Counted from the first letter of the stretch, positions 19,349 through 37,132 are shown. The stretch: 64,000 nucleotides of DNA from an uncultured Verrucomicrobiae bacterium (GCA_963769025.1 CAVYKI010000009.1:96001-160000); one strand, 5' to 3'. The notes: a model not told the origin generated them from the letters alone. Made by a program: numbers and translations.

Positions 19349-20364
19349 GGCTGGGTGTCGCCTGGCATTTCTGAACAGGCAGCGGTCCGGGTCACGGGAG
19401 CGCGGGAGTGTTGGAGGCACTCGAGGAAGCCATCCTTGACCAGACGGCGCATGCCATCCCGATACATCAGGTGCCGGATCGGCCCCGTGTAGTGGCGTGA
19501 CGGCGCGCCGGGGGGCGCGGCGTCGAGGCGCACATCGTATTCCGGTGGCAGCATTTCAAATCCAAACCGGGCTGAACAAAGTGCGATGAGCGTTTGCTCG
19601 ATCTGATGGGGGTGACTCAGGATTCCCGGCAGCGCCAAAAATTCCTCCACCCAGGCGGGTGAAAGCGATCCACGATGGATCAGGCCGAGCCCTGAGTTGA
19701 TCAACGGCGGGAATTCGAAATCGACCATGGACTGCAGTGCGTCGGGTTTGATCGTGTAACCGTCCCTCCAATCCTTGTTCAGGCTGTTGTGGCGCACGCG
19801 GGGATCGTCGATCAACGCGAGCAGCGCTGTGGGGCGCTGGAAGAAAAGAATGTCACTGTCGAGCAGGCACATTCGCTCGGCGTTCAGAAAGGCGGCGAAG
19901 TCAAAGACCTTGAGCGCCAATTTGTTCGAGGCGCGAAAGGACTGGCAGCGCGGATGCGCGGCGAGCAGCGGGACGACGTCACGATCGGCCTCGGTGCGGC
20001 GGATCAGGCGGGCATTTGGAAAAGTCGCGCGGAGATGACCGCAAGCGGTTTCGCTGAGTGTTCCGTCGTCGTGGATGCAAAGCGCGAAGCGGCGCTGCGA
20101 CCAATGGTAGAATGTCTTCAGCGCCCAAACCAGGTTGAGCCAGTCTTCTGCCGAAGTGAGGACATGAATTTCGCAACTGGTGTCGTCGGTTTCCGAAAAC
20201 GGTTTTGCGGCGAGGATCTGAGGCCGGACGAAGTCGCGATAGTACGCTGCGCGCCAGCCGTGACGGAGCTTGGTGCGGAGGAGATACAGCACGCGGCCCG
20301 GTGTGACGCGGTGGGCCGTCAGTTCATCGTGGAGGACGCGCGCGGCGATGCTCAGGCGGTTCAT
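19345..20364 (-). CDS. Putative GT-A fold glycosyltransferase-like protein
   Basis: IHDDGTL, LALKVFD, LDSDILFF, INSG, EQTLIAL; start MNRLS inferred. Confidence 0.65.
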   Translation of the reverse strand: MNRLSIAARVLHDELTAHRVTPGRVLYLLRTKLRHGWRAAYYRDFVRPQILAAKPFSETDDTSCEIHVLTSAEDWLNLVWALKTFYHWSQRRFALCIHDDGTLSETACGHLRATFPNARLIRRTEADRDVVPLLAAHPRCQSFRASNKLALKVFDFAAFLNAERMCLLDSDILFFQRPTALLALIDDPRVRHNSLNKDWRDGYTIKPDALQSMVDFEFPPLINSGLGLIHRGSLSPAWVEEFLALPGILSHPHQIEQTLIALCSARFGFEMLPPEYDVRLDAAPPGAPSRHYTGPIRHLMYRDGMRRLVKDGFLECLQHSRAPVTRTAACSEMPGDTQP

Positions 20365-20455
20365 CCTCTTTCCTCCATGGTGGCCGATGTGCGCGTGGGT
20401 TCGGCGCGTTTCCGGCTTCGTTCTGGCAAATGCGACCGCTGTGTGCCGGCGGCAA

Positions 20456-21406
20456 TCATCGCGGCAGATCGGGGCACGACCTGTTCCAGAGCCGTCCGAC
20501 GCATGCGCTGAAAAGACGCTTCCGCACATCCGGGACCAGCAGCCACGCCGGGCTGGCTGCGAGTGCCCTGAGGAATCCGGGCCTGGCACCGTGATCGAGT
20601 TGATAACGGTCGTAGGCGAGATGCGCGCGCAGTGTGAGGCGCTTCCACAGGCTGATGGGCGGATGGGCGTCGAGAGCCCTGCAGACGACACCGCGGATTT
20701 CATGGTTTGCCTTTTCCCGGGCGTTGGATTTCTGCCCTTCGTGGATGCGGAAGCGCGCGAGCACCTCCGGGATGTGGCCGATGCGCGCACCGGCGATGAT
20801 GCAGCGGACCCAAAAGTCGAAGTCGAACGCGAGGTTCAGGTGCGTGTCGAAGCCGTTCACCTTTTCCCAGAGGCTGCGGCGGAAAAAAACCTCCGGCTGC
20901 ACCCACTGGCGGTTCTTCCACCAGACGTTGTAGATATCGAGCATCTCGGACAGGGAGCCGATGCGGCCGCTGTGGATGCCGGTGGGCCGGCCATCGGAAT
21001 CAATCCACTCGATCTGGCCATAGACAAGATCCACCTCGGGATGGTCGCGGAAAAATGTGATCACGCGTTGCGCGGCGCCGGGCGCGAGAAGGTCGTCGCC
21101 GTTGATGAAGCCGATGATGTCGCCGCCCATCCGCCGAATGGCGCGGTTGATCGCGTCCGACTGTCCGGCGTCGGGCTCGCTGCGCACCGTGTCGCCTTCG
21201 CGTGCGAACGAGCGCGCGATTTCCGCCGTGCGATCCTGCGACGCACCGTCCTGGAGCCACCAGCGCAGTGAGGGACCCTGGGCATTCAGGGATTCCAGTG
21301 TGGCAGGCAGAAACGCCTCCGCATTGAACACCGGAAGCGCGAGCACCAGTTGATCTCCTGCCCCCGCGTCGCGCGCGGCGGAATTGTTGATTGCCCGATC
21401 CGTCAT
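20456..21406 (-). CDS. Glycosyltransferase family 2
   Basis: PVFNAE, DGASQD, SEPDAGQSDAIN, FINGDD, QPEVFFRR, FDFDFW. Confidence 0.9.
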   Translation of the reverse strand: MTDRAINNSAARDAGAGDQLVLALPVFNAEAFLPATLESLNAQGPSLRWWLQDGASQDRTAEIARSFAREGDTVRSEPDAGQSDAINRAIRRMGGDIIGFINGDDLLAPGAAQRVITFFRDHPEVDLVYGQIEWIDSDGRPTGIHSGRIGSLSEMLDIYNVWWKNRQWVQPEVFFRRSLWEKVNGFDTHLNLAFDFDFWVRCIIAGARIGHIPEVLARFRIHEGQKSNAREKANHEIRGVVCRALDAHPPISLWKRLTLRAHLAYDRYQLDHGARPGFLRALAASPAWLLVPDVRKRLFSACVGRLWNRSCPDLPR

Positions 21407-22344
21407 GCGGGTCTTGGCGCAGACTTTCCGGAAAGGCGCGCACAGAGTGCGACACGATCCTTCGAGGCGAGGAGATTGACGTTTGGAAAATGCTCGCGCG
21501 GCGGGAACGGACGGACGTCTTCTGCACGGGGGCTGACCGAGAACAGGGCGTAGCCTAGGCGCTCCAATGCGCGATACAATTCGCCGCAGGAGGTGCCGGC
21601 GAGTCGTGCGGCTTCCTCGGTGAATTCGATGCAGAGGACGGGCGCATCATCCCTGGAAAGAAATTCCTGCGCTCCGAGAAGGACCTGGTTCTCCCAGCCC
21701 TCGACGTCGATTTTCAGCGTGCAACGCGGGCCGGCGAGCCGGTGGTCGAGCGCGAACCGGTCGAGGGTCATGGTTGTGACCGTTTCCGATCCGGAGATCT
21801 CGCCCATGTAGGGAGTGCCGAGTGAATTCCACGCGTCAAAGCCGCCATCGGCGAGCGTCAGTTGCGCCTGTGCGTTTTCGTGCGAAAGCGCGACACGGTG
21901 GCAGGTGACGTTGCGGAGGCCGTTGAGCTTTACGTTTTCGGAGAGCCGCTCAAAAGTGTGCGAGCAAGGCTCGAAGGCGTGGACGTGGCCGTGCGGCCCG
22001 ACGACGCGCGCGGCAGTGAGCGTGTAAAGGCCGACGTTGGCGCCGACATCGAGGAACGTGTCGCCGGGGCGGAGGAATGCCTCGAAAAAGTCCCGTGTCT
22101 CCGTCTCGAAGCCGCCGAAATACAACATTTCACAAAGCCGGCTGTCTCCGTGGAGATTCATCCGCACGCCCGGGGCGACGCTGCTGACGAGCGAGCCCGG
22201 TGTGTTGCGAATCTTTTCCCACCGGGCGGAGTGGCGGGTGAACCAGCGATTGTGAAACCCGATGCGGATGCGCCGCGGCACACAGGTCTCGTACGCGGAG
22301 CGCGCGAGGCGGCCAAGGGCGGAGGCAAGGCTGTGCGGTTTCAT
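21403..22344 (-). CDS. FkbM family methyltransferase
   Basis: LDVGANVG, AFEP, LKIDVEGWE. Confidence 0.9.
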   Translation of the reverse strand: MKPHSLASALGRLARSAYETCVPRRIRIGFHNRWFTRHSARWEKIRNTPGSLVSSVAPGVRMNLHGDSRLCEMLYFGGFETETRDFFEAFLRPGDTFLDVGANVGLYTLTAARVVGPHGHVHAFEPCSHTFERLSENVKLNGLRNVTCHRVALSHENAQAQLTLADGGFDAWNSLGTPYMGEISGSETVTTMTLDRFALDHRLAGPRCTLKIDVEGWENQVLLGAQEFLSRDDAPVLCIEFTEEAARLAGTSCGELYRALERLGYALFSVSPRAEDVRPFPPREHFPNVNLLASKDRVALCARLSGKSAPRPA

Positions 22345-23663
22345 CACGGTGCGACGGCGGTCAGCGGTGCGACGCTCTCGACTTTCCAAGGGATGGCCGG
22401 GCAGACCACGCCTGGCCAGGTCTCGGGGAAGTGGGAAGCCTGGTTGCCGACGCCGGAGACGGTGAACGAGAGGCATTCGCGATCCGGGATCAGCCAGCGC
22501 TCGCCCGCGATGCCGCAGCCGACGGCCATCACATAAGTGCGGCAGTTGAGCAGGCGGCCGGGGATTGTGCAGGTGGTCCGGTAATGCCCGGGGAGTTGTG
22601 ATTCCGGCTGATGAATGTGATCCGTCGCCGCGAATGCGAGCTCGCCCTCCTGCGTTCGCAGCAGCATATGGAACCGATTGCCCTGGATGCGTCGCTTCAC
22701 GTGGTAATGGATTTCGACGCTGATCGGCTGGTCGGCTGTGAAAATTTCGAGGGTGTTGCCGTCGTCGCCGAAGAGTCGCACGCGCTCGAGCGCGATTTCC
22801 TCATTGCCCGGGGCATCGCCGGATTCCCAGGCGATCTCGCCGATTGCGGAATTTCCTCCAGGCACGGTTGCGGTGAGATATTCACGAATCACCTCGTCTG
22901 GCGTGCCTTGGTGGGTGAGTCGCCCGTCGTGGACGAGGATTGCCTGTTCGCACAGCGCGCGGATGGCACCCATGTTATGGCTCACGAAAAAGACCGTCCG
23001 GCCCTGTTGCGAAGCGACCTCGCCCATTTTGCCGAGACATTTTTTCTGGAAGCCCGCGTCGCCCACCGCGAGCACCTCGTCGATGAACAGGATTTCCGGT
23101 TCGAGGTGCGCGGCCACGGCGAAGGCGAGGCGGACAAACATGCCGCTGGAGTAGCGCTTCACCGGCGTGTCGATGAAATGCTCGATCTCGGCAAACGCGA
23201 CGATCTCGTCGAACTTCGCGCTGATTTCCCAGCGCTTCATTCCGAGGATGGTCCCGTTGAGGAAGATATTCTCGCGGCCGGTGAGGTCCGGGTGAAAACC
23301 GGTGCCGACCTCGAGCAGCGAGGCGAGGCGTCCGCGGAGGATTGCGCGCCCGCTCGTCGGTTCGGTGATTCGCGAGAGAATCTTCAGCAGCGTGCTTTTT
23401 CCGGCGCCGTTGCGTCCGACGATGCCGACGACTTCGCCGGCATTTGCGGAAAAGCTGATGTCGCGGATCGCCCAGAAAGTGCCCGGCTTCGGACCTTCGC
23501 GGCCCACGAGTGCGGGAGGGGTCCGTTTGGGCTGTGTGCCGTTGCCGCTGCGGCCGCGGAGGCGCGAGGAGATGCGCTCCAGCGTGTCGCGCATGCTGGT
23601 CGCGCCGATGCTGCCGAGGCGGTATAGCTTGGAAAGCGATTCGACTTCGACGCGCGGCTTCAT
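22344..23663 (-). CDS. wzt: Polysaccharide ABC exporter ATP-binding subunit with C-terminal carbohydrate-binding extension
   Basis: GRNGAGKST, LLEVGTGFHPDLTGREN, YSSGM, IDEVLAVGD, VSH, ~170-aa C-terminal domain. Confidence 0.93.
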   Translation of the reverse strand: MKPRVEVESLSKLYRLGSIGATSMRDTLERISSRLRGRSGNGTQPKRTPPALVGREGPKPGTFWAIRDISFSANAGEVVGIVGRNGAGKSTLLKILSRITEPTSGRAILRGRLASLLEVGTGFHPDLTGRENIFLNGTILGMKRWEISAKFDEIVAFAEIEHFIDTPVKRYSSGMFVRLAFAVAAHLEPEILFIDEVLAVGDAGFQKKCLGKMGEVASQQGRTVFFVSHNMGAIRALCEQAILVHDGRLTHQGTPDEVIREYLTATVPGGNSAIGEIAWESGDAPGNEEIALERVRLFGDDGNTLEIFTADQPISVEIHYHVKRRIQGNRFHMLLRTQEGELAFAATDHIHQPESQLPGHYRTTCTIPGRLLNCRTYVMAVGCGIAGERWLIPDRECLSFTVSGVGNQASHFPETWPGVVCPAIPWKVESVAPLTAVAP

Positions 23664-23768
23664 GGTGCAAAGACGATTTCCATTTCCGTGACTGAAAACA
23701 TGGGGCGGGGCGCGGACGTGATGGACGTGCGCGGCAGTTGCGGTGCCGTGCGGGCGATGGAAACTGAT

Positions 23769-24656
23769 TTACACACTGTCGGTCACCGTCCTTTCCGCGC
23801 GGCCGAAAGCCACGACTCCGAGCAGCAGGATGATCACGCTCGCGAGCGCCGAGACTCCGAGCATCGCGGGATCCAGCGTACCTTTTCCGACGAGTGCATA
23901 GCGGAAGCCCTCGACGACGGGAGCCATCGGATTCATCCACGCGATCCATGCCCAGCGGCCGTCGCCGCCGGTGAGTTTGGCGAGCGGATAGATGACCGGA
24001 GTGGCAAACATCCAGAGCTGGATCAGCACCGGCGTGAGATGCGTGAGGTCGCGGTACTTTGCCGTCGTCGCCGAAATGAGAAGGCTCAGGCCGAGGCTGA
24101 GCACCGCCGCGATCAGGAGCAGCGGAATCGCGAGAAGCATCGAGGGGCCAAAGTGGACGGAACTCCCGCGGAGCGCGAACCAGCCGGCGAAAAGCAGGAA
24201 GACTGCAAACTGCAGGAGGACCGCGAAAAGATTCGAGAGCACGTTCGAGATCGGCACCACGAGCCGCGGGAAATAGACCTTGCCGAAGAGCTGGGCATTC
24301 GCCGTGAACGTGAGCGCGCCGGTGGTGACATTTTGCGAAAAGTAACCCCACGGCAGCAGCGCGCAGAGATAGAAGAGCACCGGCGGAATGCCGCCGGTTT
24401 CAATTCCGGCCACCTGGTTGAAGACAATGGTGAAGACCGCCGTATTCAGCAGCGGCTGGATGATGAACCAGAGCGGGCCGAGGACGGTCTGCTTGTACTT
24501 CGCGAGAAAATCGCGGCGCACAAGCACGAGGAGCAGATCGCGGTAGTCCCAAAGTTCGCGCCAGTCCACGCGCAGCCAGCCGGTGCGGGCTTCGATGTGA
24601 ATTTCGTAGTCCGGCGGAATGCCGGACACAGCCTTGCTGGTTTGCAAGTTGTCCAT
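23769..24656 (-). CDS. wzm: Polysaccharide ABC exporter permease
   Basis: ELWDYRDLL..LVRRD..AKYKQTVLGPLW, KVYFPR, KYRD, TPVIYP, NPMAPVVEGFR. Confidence 0.93.
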   Translation of the reverse strand: MDNLQTSKAVSGIPPDYEIHIEARTGWLRVDWRELWDYRDLLLVLVRRDFLAKYKQTVLGPLWFIIQPLLNTAVFTIVFNQVAGIETGGIPPVLFYLCALLPWGYFSQNVTTGALTFTANAQLFGKVYFPRLVVPISNVLSNLFAVLLQFAVFLLFAGWFALRGSSVHFGPSMLLAIPLLLIAAVLSLGLSLLISATTAKYRDLTHLTPVLIQLWMFATPVIYPLAKLTGGDGRWAWIAWMNPMAPVVEGFRYALVGKGTLDPAMLGVSALASVIILLLGVVAFGRAERTVTDSV

Positions 24657-24665
24657 GGTGGTCGG

Positions 24666-25317
24666 CTACACGCTCCAATGCCAGCAGGCCAGCATCCACT
24701 CGTTGCCCTCGCTCGCCACGGCACCGGCGTAGCCGGGGGCGGGGCGCAGGTTCCTGACGCCAAAGCGATCCGGGCAGAATCTCGAGCCGAGTCCGCCGCC
24801 TTCGGCTTTCACGCACGCCTCCTTGCGAGTCCAAAGGTCGAAGAATCGGGGCGCGCGTTCATGCTCCGGCGCGGTGCGGAGATCCCATGCCTCACTGGGC
24901 TCGAAGTAGTGCTCGATGATTGGATCGAATTCGATGTCCCGCTGCACCCGCTCGACATCCACGCCGACCTCGCGGCCGCGAGTGACGGCGATCAGAGCGA
25001 GATCGCCAGAGTGGCTGAGATTGAAGCGCAGGTCGGTGAATGTCTGCACGAGCGCGGGCTTCCCCATCGGCCCGGTGCGAAACTCGAGCGATGCGGGATC
25101 CGTCCGCTGGTAAAGGCCGAGCACCATGCGCAGTGCGCCATGCGCAGCGATGAAGCGGTCGCGGTCGAGCGGCTGGACGAAGCGTCCGGCGCGGAGGATT
25201 TCGTCGCGGGAGAGCACCGCCTCCGCACCGGAAAGGCGCGTCGGATTGTCGAGCGACGCACGCCAGAGATGGATTTCGCCCGGTGCGAGTTGCGGATGTA
25301 CGGGCCCGGCGGGCCAG

Positions 25318-25337
<20 letters not shown>
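24666..25337 (-). CDS. Sfp-type 4'-phosphopantetheinyl transferase
   Basis: GKP, FNLSHS, VGVDVE, WTRKEACVKA; start overlaps the end of the PKS-NRPS gene. Confidence 0.93.
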
Positions 25338-32340
<7,003 letters not shown>

Positions 32341-32391
32341 TCTCTGGAGCCTGTCTAGCCGGGATTGTGCCAGCGGGCTGGGCGGCGTTTT

Positions 32392-35300
32392 TCATCGGGG
32401 TTTCAATTCCGGGGATTTTCGCGGGGCGAGCGCTTGTCGCTGGCGTTCGGCGCGGAGCCTGGCCTTGTCGGCGACAGGCGATGTCGGGGCGTCAGTCGAA
32501 AGGTGCTGTCCCAGCGTTCTGGGCGTCGGATTCTGAAAAAGGCTCAGCAGCGAAATTTCACGGCCAAGCCGGCGGCAGAGTTCGCGGTGGACTTGGATGA
32601 GGAGCAGCGAATGGCCGCCCAATTCAAAAAAGCTGTCGTCGGGAGCGACTTGATCGAATCCGAGAACCTGCTGCCAGACAGCGACCACGCAGTCCTGCAA
32701 CTGATCCGCGCGCAGGGGAGGTTGGGGCGTGCCGGAAAGTTCTGCCGGCACTGTGGGCAAGACATTCTGTTCTCCCATTTCACGGACCCTGGCGTCTGCT
32801 GCCGGGCCGGACTCGCGGATTCCACTGTCGAGATCCGTCGGACTGACGACGAGTTGCGGCAGGTTCGAGGCGAGCGCCCGCCGAAAAGCTTCCAGCCCGT
32901 CGTCGGTCGAAATCGCCTTCCTCAGCGCATCCTCTTTCCACTGCTGCATCCCCGGCGCCGTGATCATCTCGGCAAGGATGCCAACCTCGCGCCAGCCGGG
33001 CCAGTTGATCGTGAGCGTGTGCGGGCCGCCGCTCTCGCGGTTGGCGAAATGGCTGAACGCGTCGAGATACGCATTGGCGGCGCTGTAATCAATTTGTCCG
33101 GCCGGCCCGAGCACCGAGGCGGTCGATGAGAAAAGCACGAGGAAGTCCGAGCCCGCAGCCTTCGCGAGTTGATGCAGGATCTCGCATCCCTTGACCTTGG
33201 GCGCCATGACGAGATCCGCAACCTCTCGGGCCTTCCCGGCGATGAGTCCATCGTGGATGACGCCTGCGGCGTGGATGACGCCGTGGACGGCACCATGGCG
33301 ACGCGAGGTTTCCTCGAACACCCGCTGCATTTGCTCCCGATCCGAAACGTCAGCAACGAACACGTCCACTTCGGAGCCCATGCTTTCGAGTTCGAGCAGT
33401 TGCCGGAAGATTCTTGCAGACGCTTCAGGGGCATCCTTTGCATTCGCGAGGTCCACCCACTTCGACCGCTCTGGAAATGCCGATTTCTTCGTGAGCACGA
33501 GCCTGGCCTGGCATGTCTTCGCGAGATATTTGGCAATCTCCATTCCGATTCCCCCGGTCCCTCCGGTGATCACGTAAACCCCGCGCGGGCGCAGTCGCCC
33601 GGAACCCGGCTGATTCCCTGAAGCCGGACCCAGACTCCCGCCTGTCAGCGGCACCTTGTCGAATTTCCTTCTCCACCGGTGGGGCCCCCGGAAGGCGATG
33701 ACTTCTCCGCAGACCGGCTTGTCAAACTCGGACAGAATCCTGTGAAAGAGGTCATCCGGCAGGTCCCCCGTCACTTGTTCATCCGCCAAATCGACATTGA
33801 AGCAGGTGACATTTGGAAACTCTTTTGGGATCACGTTGCACGGCCCCAAGGCCGTGGCCTTCTGCGGATTCAGGTTTTCGCTCCCGGTGACTTCGTGAAT
33901 CTGACTGGAGATGATGCCCAACGTCACCGGGATGGAAATGCCCAGTCCGGCGATGGCCTGGGTGATGAACAGCAGGCTGAAGAATCCGAGATTTTGATCG
34001 TGCTCGTCGCGCGGCCCGGCGACGCATCCAAGATGAACGACGCGGATCGCCGCGGGGCGCTGGCCTTGGATCTCACGGAACACCTCAAGATAATCGTCCA
34101 GGCTGCCCGGATCGATCTCGAAGGAACCATCGGCCCGACGCTCAAAGCGCTGGCCCAAGCACGCGAGGCGGACTGTTGCACGCGTTGCTTCGAGGCATTT
34201 TTGCAGGCCGGCGGCAGGCTCCGGGCGAGGCGAGAGGATCAGCCACATTACACCCCGAGAATCCGCAGGCTGCTGGAAGTCCACGGGAAAAACCGTCCTT
34301 TCCCAAGAGGGGACGTGGAACCAATGGCTGATGTCCTGCGAGGCCGGCGCTGCCGCTTTCGGGGAAGGTTCGGATAGAGGTGAATTCGTCGCGGGGCCGA
34401 TCCAGAAATTTTGCCGTTCAAACGGGTACGTGGGCAGGGAAACTTTCCTGCGCTGGCGATCGGCGTGCAGCTTTTCCCAGCGAATCTCCGCGCCGGCCAG
34501 CCATAGTCTCCCAACCGCATTCAACAGCACCGCCGGGTCGGGCTGGCTCTCGTAGTGGTGCCGCAGCGATGCGATGGCCAGCAAGGATTGAGCGCCCTGC
34601 TTGTCGGGATGTTGGTTCGCCAGGACTCCCAGCGTCTTCCCGGGGCCTGCTTCCAAAAGGAGAGGCGCATCCATTTGCCAGAGGGTGCGAAGGGCGTCGT
34701 TGAATCGCGCGGTGTGATTCAGGTGCCGCGCCCAATAGGCGGGATCGGTAGCGTCGGCGTCGCGAATCCAGCTCCCGGTGACATTGGAAATGAAGGGAAA
34801 CTTCGGGCGGCTCAGGCGCACTTTCCGCACCTCTGCCTCAAACGCGCCGACGACCGGGTCCATGAGTCGCGAATGAAAGGCATGCGTGTTTTGCACCGGG
34901 CGGAAAATCACGTCCCGCGCGGCAAGCGTCCGCGAAAACTCCTCCACGGCGGCGGGCGGGCCCGCCACGACGCACAGGCCGGGGCCGTTGATGAGCGCGA
35001 TGGAAAGTTCGCCCGACAGCAGCGGCAGGAGTTCGGTTTCCGGCAGTGTCACCGCAAGCATCCTTGCAGTCGGCAGCGACGCGACGAGCTGGGTGCGTAT
35101 CACGGTGAGCCGCAGCGCATCCTCGATGGAAAACACGCCGGCGAGACACGCGGCGACATACTCGCCCATGCTGTGCCCGACGATGGCCTGCGGCTCGGCG
35201 GCGAGGTCGATCCAAAGTTTTGCGAGCGCATATTCGATGGTGAACAGCGCGGGCTGGAGATTCGTGATCTCATTCAGCCGCCTGGTGTCATCGTCATCCG

Positions 35301-37098
35301 CGGGCTGCGTGTTGCCCTCAAGCATCTTCCTCAGATCAATGCCCTGCGAAGCCGGTGTCCTGTCCCAATCACGGTGTTTCGGCCACAGGATGTCGCGGAT
35401 GTCGTGTCCGAGCAGCGGACGCAAAATATCCGCGCAGCGATCCACCTCCGAGCGGAACGCCGGGAATGCGGCGTAAAGTTCGCGCCCCATGCCGACGTAG
35501 TGATCGCCGACGCCCGGCAGCAGCAGCACGAGCGGGCGTTTCGCGCCGTCCGTCTCTGCAATGGCAAGCCGTGCGGGTTTGGCAGTGAGTGCCATGAGTG
35601 CTGCGGCGTGATCGCGGGCGACGATGAAGCGCCGGTGCCGCATCGCGCGGCGTCCCGTCTGCAACGTAAACGCGGCGTCGCCCAGGTTTGCCGATGGATT
35701 TGCCTCCAGGTGCGCGCGCAGATTTTCCGCCGACTGGGCGAGGGCGGCTGCAGTGTTTGCGGAGAGAACGAGCAGGCTTGGGCCATCCGTTTCATCATGC
35801 GGTGCGGCCTGCGGTGCTTCCTCGATGACGATGTGCGCGTTTGTGCCACCCATGCCGGTCGCCATGACGCCTGCCCGGCGCGGGCCGTCGGCTTTCCACT
35901 CGGCGAGCCGTGTGTTCACAAAGAATGGTGTCGCCGCGAAATCAATTTCCGGATTCGGCCGCGAATAGTTCAGGCTTGCGGGAATCTGCCGGTGCTGAAG
36001 CGCGAGGACGGTCTTGATCAATCCGGCCATGCCAGCCGCCGCATCGAGATGGCCGACATTCGTCTTCACGGAGCCGATCGCGCAAAAGCCCGAGCGCTGC
36101 GTCGAGGAGCGGAACGCCTTCGTAAGCGCCCGCACTTCGATGGGATCACCGACGGGCGTGCCGGAGCCGTGCGCTTCGATGTAGCCGATGCTCTCCGCAT
36201 CCACGTCGGCATTTGCCAGCGCCTCGATGATGGCTTCCGCCTGGCCGTTTACGGTCGGTGCCGTGTAGCCGGCCTTTTCCGCGCCATCGTTGTTGATGGC
36301 GGAGCCCTTGATGATTGCCCGGATGGTGTCGCCGTCGGCGATGGCATCGCGCAGGCGCTTGAGCACCACCACGCCGCCGCCGCTGCCGAAGACCGTGCCG
36401 TTTGCGTCGGCATCGAACGCACGCACATGCCCGTCGGGCGAGGTCACGCCGCCGGGGTCGGAAAAATATCCCGCACGGTGAGGGACGCGGACTGAGATCG
36501 CTCCCGCCAGGGCGATGTCGGTCTCTTCGCTGAGCAGGCTTTGCCGCGCGAGATGCACGGCGACGAGGGATGTGGAGCACGCGGTCTGCACGGTGATGCT
36601 CGGGCCCTTCAGATCGAGTTTGTAGGAGATGCGCGTGCTGAGGAAATCCTTGTCGTTGAAGATGAGCGTCGGGATGTAGTCCTCGGCAAAATTCCGGTTC
36701 AGCCCGGCGTGCATGAAGTACGTGTTCATCGCCGCACCGGCGAAGACACCGATGCGTCCCGGAAAACGCGAGGGGTCGCAGCCAGAGTCGCCGAGCGCTT
36801 CGTGCGCCACTTCCAGCAGGATGCGGTGCTGCGGATCCATCGTCCGCGCCTCGCCCGGTGTGAATCCGAAAAATGCCGCGTCAAATGCGCCGGGTTCGTC
36901 GAGCACCGGTGCGGCCTTCACGTAATTGGGCGCGGTGAGATGCGACTTCGGTGCGCCGGATTGCAGGATGTCGTCGTCGGAAAGCTGTGTGATGGATTCC
37001 ACCCCGGCGGCGAGGTTGCGCCAGAATTCCTCTGCGTTCCGCGCGCCGGGGAAACGGCAGGCGAGACCGATGATCGCGATGTCCAGTTCGTCGCTCAT
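32392..37098 (-). CDS. Type I PKS module: KS-AT-KR-ACP
   Basis: KS TACSTS/HGSGT/GHL; AT GHSMG/HAFH; KR GGTGGIG/HAAG/YSAAN; ACP GGHSL. Confidence 0.95.
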   Translation of the reverse strand: MSDELDIAIIGLACRFPGARNAEEFWRNLAAGVESITQLSDDDILQSGAPKSHLTAPNYVKAAPVLDEPGAFDAAFFGFTPGEARTMDPQHRILLEVAHEALGDSGCDPSRFPGRIGVFAGAAMNTYFMHAGLNRNFAEDYIPTLIFNDKDFLSTRISYKLDLKGPSITVQTACSTSLVAVHLARQSLLSEETDIALAGAISVRVPHRAGYFSDPGGVTSPDGHVRAFDADANGTVFGSGGGVVVLKRLRDAIADGDTIRAIIKGSAINNDGAEKAGYTAPTVNGQAEAIIEALANADVDAESIGYIEAHGSGTPVGDPIEVRALTKAFRSSTQRSGFCAIGSVKTNVGHLDAAAGMAGLIKTVLALQHRQIPASLNYSRPNPEIDFAATPFFVNTRLAEWKADGPRRAGVMATGMGGTNAHIVIEEAPQAAPHDETDGPSLLVLSANTAAALAQSAENLRAHLEANPSANLGDAAFTLQTGRRAMRHRRFIVARDHAAALMALTAKPARLAIAETDGAKRPLVLLLPGVGDHYVGMGRELYAAFPAFRSEVDRCADILRPLLGHDIRDILWPKHRDWDRTPASQGIDLRKMLEGNTQPADDDDTRRLNEITNLQPALFTIEYALAKLWIDLAAEPQAIVGHSMGEYVAACLAGVFSIEDALRLTVIRTQLVASLPTARMLAVTLPETELLPLLSGELSIALINGPGLCVVAGPPAAVEEFSRTLAARDVIFRPVQNTHAFHSRLMDPVVGAFEAEVRKVRLSRPKFPFISNVTGSWIRDADATDPAYWARHLNHTARFNDALRTLWQMDAPLLLEAGPGKTLGVLANQHPDKQGAQSLLAIASLRHHYESQPDPAVLLNAVGRLWLAGAEIRWEKLHADRQRRKVSLPTYPFERQNFWIGPATNSPLSEPSPKAAAPASQDISHWFHVPSWERTVFPVDFQQPADSRGVMWLILSPRPEPAAGLQKCLEATRATVRLACLGQRFERRADGSFEIDPGSLDDYLEVFREIQGQRPAAIRVVHLGCVAGPRDEHDQNLGFFSLLFITQAIAGLGISIPVTLGIISSQIHEVTGSENLNPQKATALGPCNVIPKEFPNVTCFNVDLADEQVTGDLPDDLFHRILSEFDKPVCGEVIAFRGPHRWRRKFDKVPLTGGSLGPASGNQPGSGRLRPRGVYVITGGTGGIGMEIAKYLAKTCQARLVLTKKSAFPERSKWVDLANAKDAPEASARIFRQLLELESMGSEVDVFVADVSDREQMQRVFEETSRRHGAVHGVIHAAGVIHDGLIAGKAREVADLVMAPKVKGCEILHQLAKAAGSDFLVLFSSTASVLGPAGQIDYSAANAYLDAFSHFANRESGGPHTLTINWPGWREVGILAEMITAPGMQQWKEDALRKAISTDDGLEAFRRALASNLPQLVVSPTDLDSGIRESGPAADARVREMGEQNVLPTVPAELSGTPQPPLRADQLQDCVVAVWQQVLGFDQVAPDDSFFELGGHSLLLIQVHRELCRRLGREISLLSLFQNPTPRTLGQHLSTDAPTSPVADKARLRAERQRQALAPRKSPELKPR

Positions 37099-37132
37099 CG
37101 GCGGATCCCTCGTGTGAATGTTTCTCGCGCGA

